From an uncultured delta proteobacterium (GTDB taxonomy: Bacteria; Myxococcota; UBA727; VGSZ01), in contig CAVZJB010000005.1 of assembly GCA_963775425.1 (NCBI GenBank), positions 224,001-288,000 of the forward strand: a DNA stretch of 64,000 nucleotides, written 5' to 3'. Numbering within the stretch: position 1 is the first letter of the stretch; every line of letters begins with the position of its first letter. Shown here piece by piece: positions 30,247 to 39,480 of this stretch. The notes below the pieces were generated by a model, which was not told the DNA's origin, ran no database searches, and was given only the letters and a program-made list of their open reading frames with translations. The translations under genes and the position numbers were made by a program.

Positions 30247-32643
30247 CTACCGGACGACCCTCTGTGTCAGTTTCCACGAGCCGTTCTTCTGCTGTTTGTA
30301 GACGAGATCCACGCGCAGCTCTTTTGCCTCGGGGATGGTTACCACGACCTGGTCGTGGATGTGCTCCTCGGGGTTGTCGAGATAGAGCACCTGTCTGCCC
30401 GACGGCACCTGGATGGCCTTGGGCGTCGAGAAGGTCACGCCGGTGGCGCCGACCTTCACGTTGACCCACGGGTTCGAGCGCATCTTGAGCGTGCCCGGGC
30501 GTGACGGCTGCGACGACACCGGGGCGTGCCCGCAGGTGAGCTGTCCCTCGATGACGACCGGCGTGCCCGCGACGGGCTTCACCACGCGCTCGAGGGTGGT
30601 GCAGCGGTGCGCCTCCACGCGGATCTTCACCGCCTTGCCGGGGGCGAGCATCCCGCGTCGCTCGAACGGCGTGGCGCCCCTCTCGTCGTTTTCGACGATG
30701 ACGCGGGCGCCGTTGGGCGTGACCTTGACGACGAGCGGCACCTTGGCGCGCACGTGGACGTCGCGCACCTCTCCGGCGGCGACCTCGAGCTCCTCGGTGA
30801 TGGGCGGCTGGTCCTGGAAGAGCGCCTGCACCTTCACGTGCCCGGGTGCGTGCTCGAGCGTCCCGGGCGCGACGCCGACGCTGCGACCGTCGAGGAGGAT
30901 CTCGACGCCGGGCTCGCTGTCGATCACCAGCTTCGCGGGCTTGGGGGCCGCCGCCGGGGTCGGCTTGTCGTCGTGGGCCGCGTCGCCCGCCGCGTGGGAC
31001 CGGTCGTTGGCGCCGGCGTCCGCCGCCGCCGCCGCCGCGGGCGTCGGCGCCGCGTCCGCGGTGGCGTCTCCGGTGGCGGCCCCGGCGGCCGCGGCGGGGT
31101 CCGCGTCGGCCCCGTCGTCGGCGGCGGCACCGGCGTCGATCTCGGCGTCGGCGACCCCCTCGGCCGCGCCGCCGCTGTCGTGGAGGAGCACGGCGGCGAC
31201 GGTGACGACCACGAGCAGGCCGGCGACGCCGGCGGCCGCGGCGATCGGGAAGCGCCGCGGCGGGCTGTGGCTCGGGAGGGCGGCGCCCGACGACGCCGGC
31301 AGCCGCGCCGTCATCCCGTCGAGCTCCTCCTCGCCGCTCGGCTCCGCGCGCGGGGGCTCCGGCGCCGGCGAGCGCTGCGTGGGCTCCTCCGGCGCGTCGC
31401 CGCGCGTCGGCAGGGCCTCCTCGGCGCGCATCTGCGGGCGCACGTCGCGCCCGGCGGCGTCGACGACGTCGCTGCCGCGCTTGTCGCGCTCGGCGCGGGG
31501 CGGCGGCCGCTCGCGGTTCGTGATCTCCGGGCTCGACACCGCGTCGCGCGAGCCCGTCGACGTCCGCATCACCGTCTCGGCGGAGTTCAACGACGGCGTG
31601 GCGGCGGTGGCCTCGCCCGGCGACGTGGGGCGGACGTGCCGCTCGGTGGCGATGCTCGGCCGGGAGGGGTCGACCTCGCTGCCGACGGCGAGGTCGCCGG
31701 CGTTCTGCTCGAACCAGCGCTGCATGTGCGCGCGCGGATCGCCCGGCGCCTTGCTCGCGAGCCACGCGTCGATGGCCTCGGCGAGCTCGCTGGCGGAGGA
31801 GAAGCGCTCGTCGCGCGCGCGGGCGAGCGCGCGCAGACAGATGGCGTCGAGCTCCGCGTCGAGGTCGCGGTTCACCGCCGACGGCGGCTTCACGTCCTCG
31901 CCGGTGATCTTCTGCATGATGAGCAGGTCGCTCTTGTCGCGGAACAGCCGCCGGCGCGTCAGGAGCTCGTACAGGACGATGCCGAGGGCGAAGACGTCGG
32001 TGCGGCGGTCCACGATCTCGCCGAGGCACTGCTCCGGCGACATGTAGGCGACCTTGCCTTTGATGATGCCGGTGCGCGTCTTGGTCTGCTGCGTCGACGC
32101 CTTGGCGACGCCGAAGTCCGTGACCTTCACGTCGCCCTGGCGCGACACCAGGATGTTCTGCGGCGAGATGTCTCTGTGGACGAGGTTCAGCGGCGAGCCT
32201 GTGGCCGGGTCGCTCTGCTCGTGGGCGTAGTGCAGCCCGTCGGCGGCGCGGGCGACGACGTAGGCGCACAGCTCGATGGGCAGCGGCTTTCGCTTGCGCA
32301 GGGACTGCGCGAACAGCGAGCCGAGGTGCGGCCCGTCGACGAATTCCATGGCGATGAAGTAGCTCTGGTCGACCTCGCCGAGGTTGAACACGCTGACGAT
32401 GTTCGGGTGGTTGAGGTTGGCGGCGAGCCGCGCTTCGTCGAGGAACATCTGGACGAAGTCGGGCCGCACGGCGAGCTGCGGCAGCATGCGTTTGACGACG
32501 ACGGTGCGGGTGAAGCCGCCGAACGAGTCCTGCTTCGCCAGATAGATCTCGGCCATGCCGCCAGTGGCGATCAGCCGGATCAGCTCGAACTCGCCGTAGC
32601 GCTCTCCCAGGCCCGCCCTCCTCGGTGGAGACCAACGACTCAC
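30247..32643 (-). CDS. Membrane Ser/Thr kinase with extracytoplasmic PEGA-like domains
   Basis: IATGGMAEIY, HRDISPQN, DFG, GKVAYMSPE; central TM; SEPGVEILLDG, TPNGARV...GATP, SNPWVNV. Confidence 0.95.
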   Translation of the reverse strand: MSRWSPPRRAGLGERYGEFELIRLIATGGMAEIYLAKQDSFGGFTRTVVVKRMLPQLAVRPDFVQMFLDEARLAANLNHPNIVSVFNLGEVDQSYFIAMEFVDGPHLGSLFAQSLRKRKPLPIELCAYVVARAADGLHYAHEQSDPATGSPLNLVHRDISPQNILVSRQGDVKVTDFGVAKASTQQTKTRTGIIKGKVAYMSPEQCLGEIVDRRTDVFALGIVLYELLTRRRLFRDKSDLLIMQKITGEDVKPPSAVNRDLDAELDAICLRALARARDERFSSASELAEAIDAWLASKAPGDPRAHMQRWFEQNAGDLAVGSEVDPSRPSIATERHVRPTSPGEATAATPSLNSAETVMRTSTGSRDAVSSPEITNRERPPPRAERDKRGSDVVDAAGRDVRPQMRAEEALPTRGDAPEEPTQRSPAPEPPRAEPSGEEELDGMTARLPASSGAALPSHSPPRRFPIAAAAGVAGLLVVVTVAAVLLHDSGGAAEGVADAEIDAGAAADDGADADPAAAAGAATGDATADAAPTPAAAAAADAGANDRSHAAGDAAHDDKPTPAAAPKPAKLVIDSEPGVEILLDGRSVGVAPGTLEHAPGHVKVQALFQDQPPITEELEVAAGEVRDVHVRAKVPLVVKVTPNGARVIVENDERGATPFERRGMLAPGKAVKIRVEAHRCTTLERVVKPVAGTPVVIEGQLTCGHAPVSSQPSRPGTLKMRSNPWVNVKVGATGVTFSTPKAIQVPSGRQVLYLDNPEEHIHDQVVVTIPEAKELRVDLVYKQQKNGSWKLTQRVVR

Positions 32644-32744
32644 ACTAGCGCATGCCCCGACGCTGCCGAAAGCTTCGCACCGGTGCCCCGATCTCGACGT
32701 GGACCCGACAGTGGGGTACCACCGGGGGGCAGGTAGGTGATCAC

Positions 32745-33401
32745 GTGCGTCTCTCGCCCCCGGCCGCGGTGTGTGCTTGCGCCGCCCTCGTCTTTTCGCT
32801 GGCGCGATGCTCGGGCTGCTCCCAGGAGTGCGCGGGTGACAACGCCGGCAGCGCGGGCTGCTCTTGCGGGTCCGACCAGGACTGCACCACGCGCCTCGGA
32901 AAAGTGCTCCTGTGCGTCGACGGCACGTGCGCGCAGGGCGATCCCGAGGACGCGCCCGGCGACGCCTGCGCCGCCGACGCCGACTGCGGCGGCGGCGAGG
33001 CGTGCGGCATCGACGGCATCTGTCTGCCCGCGCCCTCCTGCCAGCGCATCGACGTCGCGCTGCAGGCGCACAAAAACGGCGGCGCGCTCGGCGCCGACGT
33101 CACCGCCGCGCGGGACGACTGCGCGCACGATTGGCAGGCCGAGGTGTCCGGCGAGTCGTTCCACGTCACGTTCACCCTCGATCTCTCCGGCGACATGAAG
33201 GACTTCAGCGACCCGGGCGGCGGCGGCTGCACCGCCGGACACTGGTCCGCCGGCGATCGCGTCGGTGAGATCCTCTGCGGCGTGAACGTCTTCGCCGTCG
33301 GCCCCGCCGACGTCGTGCCGTGCTTCCTTGCCACCGGCGCGTGCGACGTGGGCACCTGCCGCGCCGTCGCCGGCGACACGGAAGTCGGGGTGTGCCGATG
33401 A
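32745..33401 (+). CDS. Cys-rich exported protein or lipoprotein
   Basis: Hydrophobic N-terminus with Cys; CGSDQDC...CVDGTC and CAADADC...CGIDGIC; start uncertain. Confidence 0.65.
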   Translation: MRLSPPAAVCACAALVFSLARCSGCSQECAGDNAGSAGCSCGSDQDCTTRLGKVLLCVDGTCAQGDPEDAPGDACAADADCGGGEACGIDGICLPAPSCQRIDVALQAHKNGGALGADVTAARDDCAHDWQAEVSGESFHVTFTLDLSGDMKDFSDPGGGGCTAGHWSAGDRVGEILCGVNVFAVGPADVVPCFLATGACDVGTCRAVAGDTEVGVCR

Positions 33402-34258
33402 GCGCCGCCGGCGCCGCGCTGGCGATCGCCGTCGCCCTGCAGGTGACGGCGCCGCCCTCGAAACCTGCGGGGGTGCCCACGGCGCTCGAGAAGTGCCGCG
33501 CGCTCGACAAGGAGTTCGACACCAAGAACATGCCCAAGCCCTGCCAGGCCGCCGCCGACGACGCCACGCTCGGCATCCCCGAGCGCGTCGAGGCGCTGCG
33601 CCGGCTCGCCTTCGCGCACATCCTGAACGGCGACGAGTCGCTCGCGGAGCCGGCGTTCTTGAAGATGCTCGTGTTCTCACCGGCGGCCGAGCTCCCCGCG
33701 GACGCGGGGCCGCGCTTTCGCGAGATCTTCGCCGCGGTGAAGAAGCGCTTCGACACCGAGGGCGCGCTCACGGTCACGTTCACGCCGCCGCCCGCGCCGC
33801 AGGACGCGGCGCCGGTCGAGCTGCAGATCGACGTCGGCGACAAGCTCGGTCGCGTGGTGGGCGCCAAGGTCAAAAGCACCGTCGAAGGCGAGGCTGCGCC
33901 GCGCGAGGACGCCCTCGTGCGCAACGAGCTGACGCCGGGACAGTTGCGCTTCACGGGCGCCGTGCCCGAGCCCCATGAGCCCGGCGCGCGGCACGTGACC
34001 TACGACGTCGAGCTCGACGGCTGGGACGGAGCCCCCATCGCGGTGCCCACGCCGGTGCACGGCGAGTTCGATCGCACCGGCGGCGTCGTCGCCGGCGCCG
34101 ACGGCGGCTTTCCGTGGGTGTGGGTCGGCGCCGGCAGCGCCGCCGGCGTCGCCGTCATCGGCGGCGTCACCGGCGGGATCATCTGGTGCTACACCGCCGG
34201 CCCGTGCCGCACGCAGGACGCGTGGGTGCGGGTGCAGATCCATCAGGGGGAGCCGTGA
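33398..34258 (+). CDS. Exported TPR-like protein with C-terminal TM
   Basis: Signal-like start; EALRRLAFAHILNG...AFLKML...PRFREIF; FPWVWVG hydrophobic tail; ATGA overlap. Confidence 0.65.
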   Translation: MSAAGAALAIAVALQVTAPPSKPAGVPTALEKCRALDKEFDTKNMPKPCQAAADDATLGIPERVEALRRLAFAHILNGDESLAEPAFLKMLVFSPAAELPADAGPRFREIFAAVKKRFDTEGALTVTFTPPPAPQDAAPVELQIDVGDKLGRVVGAKVKSTVEGEAAPREDALVRNELTPGQLRFTGAVPEPHEPGARHVTYDVELDGWDGAPIAVPTPVHGEFDRTGGVVAGADGGFPWVWVGAGSAAGVAVIGGVTGGIIWCYTAGPCRTQDAWVRVQIHQGEP

Positions 34259-34713
34259 CGCGCGCGCCCCTCGCCACCGTCGTCGTCGCGCTCGCCGCCT
34301 CCGCCGGCGGCTGCGCCGGCGCCGCGCTCGATGCCGGTCCGGTGTCGCTCGCCAGCAAGGACCAGGCGCTCCTCGACAACGCGTCCGCGCTCATCTTCTC
34401 GTTCTCCACCGCGCACACGTGCGCGGACCTCGTCGACCTGCCGCCGTCGGCCATCGGGGAGCTGCTCGCGCCCGAGGGCGCGCCGCTGCAGATCCTCGAC
34501 GCCAACGCGGCGGATCACGTGTTCGGCAAGGTGCCGCCGGACGTCCCCATCGCGTACTTCGTCCTCGCGTCGTCGCAGGCCACGGACAACCAGCGCGTCG
34601 CGTTCGACCAGTTCACCGGAACCGTGTTCGCCGTCGGCTGCCGCGACTTCTCCGCGCCGTCGGGGACGCGGCACGACCTGCCGCTCACGCTGTTCCCGGT
34701 CGGGCTGCGCTGA
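34255..34713 (+). CDS. Hypothetical lipoprotein
   Basis: Lipobox-like AGGC; overlaps both neighbours (GTGA, TGATG). Confidence 0.65.
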   Translation: MTRAPLATVVVALAASAGGCAGAALDAGPVSLASKDQALLDNASALIFSFSTAHTCADLVDLPPSAIGELLAPEGAPLQILDANAADHVFGKVPPDVPIAYFVLASSQATDNQRVAFDQFTGTVFAVGCRDFSAPSGTRHDLPLTLFPVGLR

Positions 34714-37532
34714 TGCGCGCCGGCGCGTGCACCGCCGTTCGCGTCCTCGCGAGCGCCGCGCTCGCGCTCGTCACCGCCGCCGGCGCGCGCGCGCAGATCG
34801 AGCAGCAGCCCCGACCCGACGACGCGCAGAAGCCGCCGGCGCCGCCGCCGCCGCCCACGCTCGAAAACCCGCCGGCCATCGTCGACAACCCGGGCGCCGT
34901 GTACCCGGAGGTCGCGCGAGAGGCGGGGCGCGCGGGTGACGTGGTCTTGCGCATCACCATCGACGAAGACGGGCAGGTGGAGCGCGTCGACGTCATGCAG
35001 AGCGCCGGTGACGACGAGCCGGGGCGCGCCCTCGACTGGTCGGCGATGGGCGCCGCCACCAACTTCACCTTCGCGCCCGCCACGTTCTGCTTCACCGACG
35101 TCGCCGCCGACGGCACCCAGTCGCAGCGTTGCGGCGTGCCCGGCAAGGTGGCCATCGACTACAAGACCACGTTCGCCCTCGAGGAGAAGAAGGTGGAGGT
35201 GCCGGTGGAGCCGCCGCCTTCGCCGGGCAAGGAGGTGGTGAATTACGTCGGCGTCGTGCGCGAGGCGGGGAGCAAGGACCCGCTCGAGGGCGCCGCCGTC
35301 GAGATCGAGCTCGCCGACGGCGTGTTCAAGAGCGCCACCACCGACGGCGAGGGCCGCTTCGAGCTCGCCGGCATCCCTCCCGGCGAGTGGCGCGTGAGCT
35401 TTACCCTCTCGAGCTACGAGCCGTCGTTCGTCGACGAGACCTTCAAAGAGAAAGAGCGCACCGAGACCGTGGTGTACCTCGTGCCCACGGACACCTCGAA
35501 GAACGAGACGGTGGTGCGGCGCCGGCGCGCGCAGAAGGACGTCGCCAGGATCGCGCTCACGCGCGACGAGGTGAAGAAGGTCCCCGGCACCTTCGGCGAT
35601 CCGCTGCGCGTCATCGAGAACCTCCCGGGGCTCGCGCGGGCGCCCTTCATCGGCGGCGCCCTCATCGTGCGCGGCGCCAACCCCGAGGACAGCGGCGTCT
35701 ACTTCGACGGCGTCGAGATCCCCATCCTCTACCACTTCGGTGGGCTCAAGAGCGTCATCAACGCGGAGTTCCTCGAGGACATCAACTTCTATCCGGGCGG
35801 CTTCGGCGCCTACTACGGCCGCGCCACCGCCGGCATCGTCGACGTGTCGTCGCGCAAGCTCAAGCTCCACAACTTCCGCGGCTCCGCCGACGTCAACATC
35901 ATGGACGCCGACTTCTTCTTCGCCGGCCCCGTAAAGGTGGGCGAGCTGCCCAAGGTGACGTTCGCCGTGGCCGCGCGCCGCAGCTACATCGACGGCCTCC
36001 TGCCCGTCGTGCTCGACGCCGTCATCGGGCCGTCGGGCCAGGGCATCATCGCGGCGCCCATCTACTGGGACTACCAGGCCAAGGTGGAGACGGACCCGCT
36101 CCCGGGTCAACACTTCTCGTTGTTCCTGTTCGGATCCGACGACGACCTCAAGGTCATCTCCACCGGCCTCGGCAGCCAGAACGTCAACGTCGGTTTCCAC
36201 ACCACGTTCCATCGCCTGGTGGGCGACTGGGAGTGGAAGCTCTCGCCGAACCTGCTGCACCGCTTCTCGCCGTTCGCCGGCCTCACGCGCGTTGAATTCA
36301 ACTCGGGCGCCAGCGGCGGCAGCGGCCCCAACGTCAGCGCCGCCTTCGGCATCGACACGTGGAACTGGGGCCTGCGCGACGAGCTGCAGCTCACGGTCAA
36401 CGACTCCGTCGTCCTGCGCGCGGGCCTCGACTACCTCGGCCAGACCTTCGGCGTGAGCTTCGACGTGCCGCTGCCGGTGGAGATCGGATCCTTCCCGCGC
36501 GAGTTCGCGCGCATCGAGGGCGTCAACCAGAGCTTCGAGAGCAACGGCTTCAACAACGCATCCGCGCTCTATGCCGAGGCGGAGCTGACGCCGTGGAAGG
36601 GCCTGAAGATCGTGCCCGGGGTCCGCGCGGAGACCACCATCTTCACGTTCCTGCCCAACAAGCTGCCCGACGGCACCACGTCCGACCCCGCCGACGCGCA
36701 GCTCTTTCACATCGATCCGCGGCTCACCGCGCGCTGGACGCTCTTGCCGTGGACGACGCTCAAGGGCGCGTTCGGCGTCTACCGGCAGCCGCCGGCGGGC
36801 CAGGACGTCAACCCGTCGACGGGCAACCCCGATATCCAGGAGCCGCGGGCCGTGCAGCTCATCGGTGGCGTCGAGCAGGGGCTCACCCGCGACATCCACC
36901 TCGACATGCAGCTCTACTACACCAACCGCGATCTGCTGGTGCAGAACACGAGCCAGACCAAGAACCGCAACGACGGCTCGGGCGAGGTGGACCCGCTGTT
37001 CGTCAACAACGGTGGCCGCGGCCGCACCATCGGCGCCGAGCTGCTCTTGCGCCACGAGATCACGGAGCACTTCTACGGGTGGATCGCGTACACGCTGTCG
37101 CGCACGGACGCGGACCTGAGCGAGAACCGCAACCGCTTCTTCCTCACGAGCAACGACCAGACGCACATCCTCACCATCGTCGCGCAGACCAACCTCCCCT
37201 ACGGCTTCACCCTCGGCGCCCGCTACCGCATCGTGAGCGGCGACCCGACCAACGAGCCGCTCGGCAGCGTCCACGACGTCGACACGACCAACTACCTCGA
37301 GCTCGGGACCACCTCGCGCTCCACGCGCCTGCCCACGTTCCACCAGCTCGACGTGCGCGTGGACAAGAAGCTCGTCTTCGATACCTTTTCGCTCAACGCG
37401 TACATGGACCTGCTCAACGTCTACAACCAGGCCAACGCCGAGGGGTTCCAGACGGACTATCGGTCGCGCGAGCAACAGCCGATCCCGTCTTTGCCCATCA
37501 TCCCGGTGCTCGGCATGTCGGGGGAGTTCTGA
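34713..37532 (+). CDS. TonB-dependent receptor with N-terminal TonB_C domain and carboxypeptidase-regulatory-like domain
   Basis: YPEVAREAG..GDVVLRITIDEDGQV (TonB_C); PGTFGDPLRVIENLPG, YHFGG, PGGFGAYYGRATAG (plug); C-terminal Phe. Confidence 0.92.
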   Translation: MRAGACTAVRVLASAALALVTAAGARAQIEQQPRPDDAQKPPAPPPPPTLENPPAIVDNPGAVYPEVAREAGRAGDVVLRITIDEDGQVERVDVMQSAGDDEPGRALDWSAMGAATNFTFAPATFCFTDVAADGTQSQRCGVPGKVAIDYKTTFALEEKKVEVPVEPPPSPGKEVVNYVGVVREAGSKDPLEGAAVEIELADGVFKSATTDGEGRFELAGIPPGEWRVSFTLSSYEPSFVDETFKEKERTETVVYLVPTDTSKNETVVRRRRAQKDVARIALTRDEVKKVPGTFGDPLRVIENLPGLARAPFIGGALIVRGANPEDSGVYFDGVEIPILYHFGGLKSVINAEFLEDINFYPGGFGAYYGRATAGIVDVSSRKLKLHNFRGSADVNIMDADFFFAGPVKVGELPKVTFAVAARRSYIDGLLPVVLDAVIGPSGQGIIAAPIYWDYQAKVETDPLPGQHFSLFLFGSDDDLKVISTGLGSQNVNVGFHTTFHRLVGDWEWKLSPNLLHRFSPFAGLTRVEFNSGASGGSGPNVSAAFGIDTWNWGLRDELQLTVNDSVVLRAGLDYLGQTFGVSFDVPLPVEIGSFPREFARIEGVNQSFESNGFNNASALYAEAELTPWKGLKIVPGVRAETTIFTFLPNKLPDGTTSDPADAQLFHIDPRLTARWTLLPWTTLKGAFGVYRQPPAGQDVNPSTGNPDIQEPRAVQLIGGVEQGLTRDIHLDMQLYYTNRDLLVQNTSQTKNRNDGSGEVDPLFVNNGGRGRTIGAELLLRHEITEHFYGWIAYTLSRTDADLSENRNRFFLTSNDQTHILTIVAQTNLPYGFTLGARYRIVSGDPTNEPLGSVHDVDTTNYLELGTTSRSTRLPTFHQLDVRVDKKLVFDTFSLNAYMDLLNVYNQANAEGFQTDYRSREQQPIPSLPIIPVLGMSGEF

Positions 37533-38734
37533 TGCGCGCTGTGGTTCGCCTCGCGCTCGCCGCGGCCGCCGCCGGCGTCGGGGTCGTCGTCGCCGCGGGG
37601 TGCACGAACTTCCCGCGCGAGGATCGCATCGAGGACATGCGCGTCCTCGCCATCAAGACCGAGCCCGCGGAGATCCTGTACTCGCCGCTGTTCCTCACGC
37701 CCGCGGCGCAGCGGCCGCCGGGCTTTCCCCTGCCGAGCATCGACGTCAACGTCGAGGTGTTCGCCTTCGATCCGCGCGGCGGCCACGTGAAGACCACCAC
37801 GCAGTTGTGCCCCGCCGGCGCCGGCGACAGCACGTGCCGCCTCTACGACCCCACCGCGGACCTCGCGGCGGAGCCGGCGGCGGCGCGCCCGGACATCGAG
37901 GCGCTCTTGACGCAGCAGACGGTGGAGGGCGACATCGCGTCCGACGCCACCCCCGTCGGCCGCGTCCAGCCGAGCACGTTCACGATGCACTTCTCGCCGG
38001 CCGTCATGGACTTCTTCATCCCCGACGCCAGCGACGGGACGCCTACGCCGTCCATCTTCCCGCTCCTGCCGCGCTTCGTGGTGCAGGAGGACAACACCGA
38101 CGCCGACCCGGCCACCGTCGTGAGCGAGCGCGCGTTCAAGCGCATCCCGATCTCGCTCGATCTGACGAGCGCCGACCTGCCGCCCGACGTCGTCGCCAAC
38201 CTCGCGCGTGGGCTCGGCATCGAGCTGTGCGCCGCGCCCATCCCGGACAGCGAGTTTGACAAGCAGGGGCGCGCCTCGTGCCTCGAGCGCCGCGTGCCCA
38301 ACAACAACCCCGGGTTGGTCGGCTTCCGCCTCGAGCCCGATCCGGCGAACCTGACGCCCGACACCGCCACCGACGATGTCGTGCAGCCCGACGTCGGCGT
38401 CGGCTCGGTGCTCGGCGTCAAGCCCGGCGACACCATCGCGCTGACGCCCGTGTTCACGGCGGACAGCGTGGAGCGCTACCAGGTGGTGAGCTTCGACGTC
38501 GAGACGTCCAAGATCATCCTGCTCAACCGCGTCGAGGACCTCGCGTGCAACTGGTACACGACGCGCGGGAACACGCAGGGCTCGCTCACGGCGCTGCAGT
38601 TCGGGGCCACGCTCGGCAACGTCTGGACGCTCCCGGCGGACGCCCAGCCCGGAGAGCGCGACAGCATCGTGATGGTGGTGCTCGACCAGCGCGGCGGGAC
38701 GGCCGTCGGCGAGATCACCGTCGAGTACCAGTGA
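37532..38734 (+). CDS. Receptor-associated lipoprotein
   Basis: Lipobox AAGC; IEDMRVLAIKTEPAE; C-terminal VVLDQRGG; TGATG coupling. Confidence 0.75.
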   Translation: MRAVVRLALAAAAAGVGVVVAAGCTNFPREDRIEDMRVLAIKTEPAEILYSPLFLTPAAQRPPGFPLPSIDVNVEVFAFDPRGGHVKTTTQLCPAGAGDSTCRLYDPTADLAAEPAAARPDIEALLTQQTVEGDIASDATPVGRVQPSTFTMHFSPAVMDFFIPDASDGTPTPSIFPLLPRFVVQEDNTDADPATVVSERAFKRIPISLDLTSADLPPDVVANLARGLGIELCAAPIPDSEFDKQGRASCLERRVPNNNPGLVGFRLEPDPANLTPDTATDDVVQPDVGVGSVLGVKPGDTIALTPVFTADSVERYQVVSFDVETSKIILLNRVEDLACNWYTTRGNTQGSLTALQFGATLGNVWTLPADAQPGERDSIVMVVLDQRGGTAVGEITVEYQ

Positions 38735-39468
38735 GCGCGCGCGAGCGCATCGACGTGCTCCTCGTCGAGCGTGGGCTGTGCGAGAGCCGCGCCCGCGCGC
38801 AGGCGCGCATCATGGCCGGCGACGTCGTCGTGGACGACAAGCGCGTGGACAAGGCCGGTGAGAAGGTGCTGCGCGACGCCGAGATCCGCCTGAAGGGCGA
38901 GGCCATGCCGTGGGTGTCGCGCGGGGGGCTGAAGCTCGACGCCGCGCTCGGCTGGTTCGACGTCGACGTCGACGGCGCCGTCTGCGTCGACGTCGGCGCG
39001 TCCACCGGCGGCTTCACCGACGTGCTGCTCGCTCGCGGCGCCAAGCGCGTGTACGCCGTCGACGTCGGCTACGGCCAGCTCGCCCACAAGCTGCGCACGG
39101 ACTCGCGCGTCGTGGTGCTCGAGCGCACGCACATCGCCAAGCTGCCGGCCGGCGCCCTCGTCGACGCGCCGGGCTTCGCCTGCGTCGACGTCAGCTTCAT
39201 CTCGCTCACCCAGGTGCTGCCCGTGCTCTTGCCGCACCTGTCGGAGCTTGCGCGGGTGGTGGTGCTCATCAAGCCGCAGTTCGAGGTGGGCCGGGGAAAC
39301 GTGGGCAAGGGCGGCATCGTGCGCGACGAGGCCGCGCGGCAGGCGGCCGTGGAGCGGGTGCTCGCGTGCGCCGCGACGCTCGGGCTGCGGCTCGTCGGCG
39401 TGCGCGAGAGCCCGGTCAAGGGCGCCGACGGCAACGTCGAGGTCGTCGCGGCGTTCGCGCGCGGGTGA
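38731..39468 (+). CDS. tlyA: TlyA-family rRNA 2'-O-methyltransferase
   Basis: S4 domain; VSRGGLKL, DVGASTGGFTD, DVSFISL, IKPQFE, GADGNVE. Confidence 0.95.
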   Translation: MSARERIDVLLVERGLCESRARAQARIMAGDVVVDDKRVDKAGEKVLRDAEIRLKGEAMPWVSRGGLKLDAALGWFDVDVDGAVCVDVGASTGGFTDVLLARGAKRVYAVDVGYGQLAHKLRTDSRVVVLERTHIAKLPAGALVDAPGFACVDVSFISLTQVLPVLLPHLSELARVVVLIKPQFEVGRGNVGKGGIVRDEAARQAAVERVLACAATLGLRLVGVRESPVKGADGNVEVVAAFARG

Positions 39469-39480
39469 TAGGAAGGGGCC

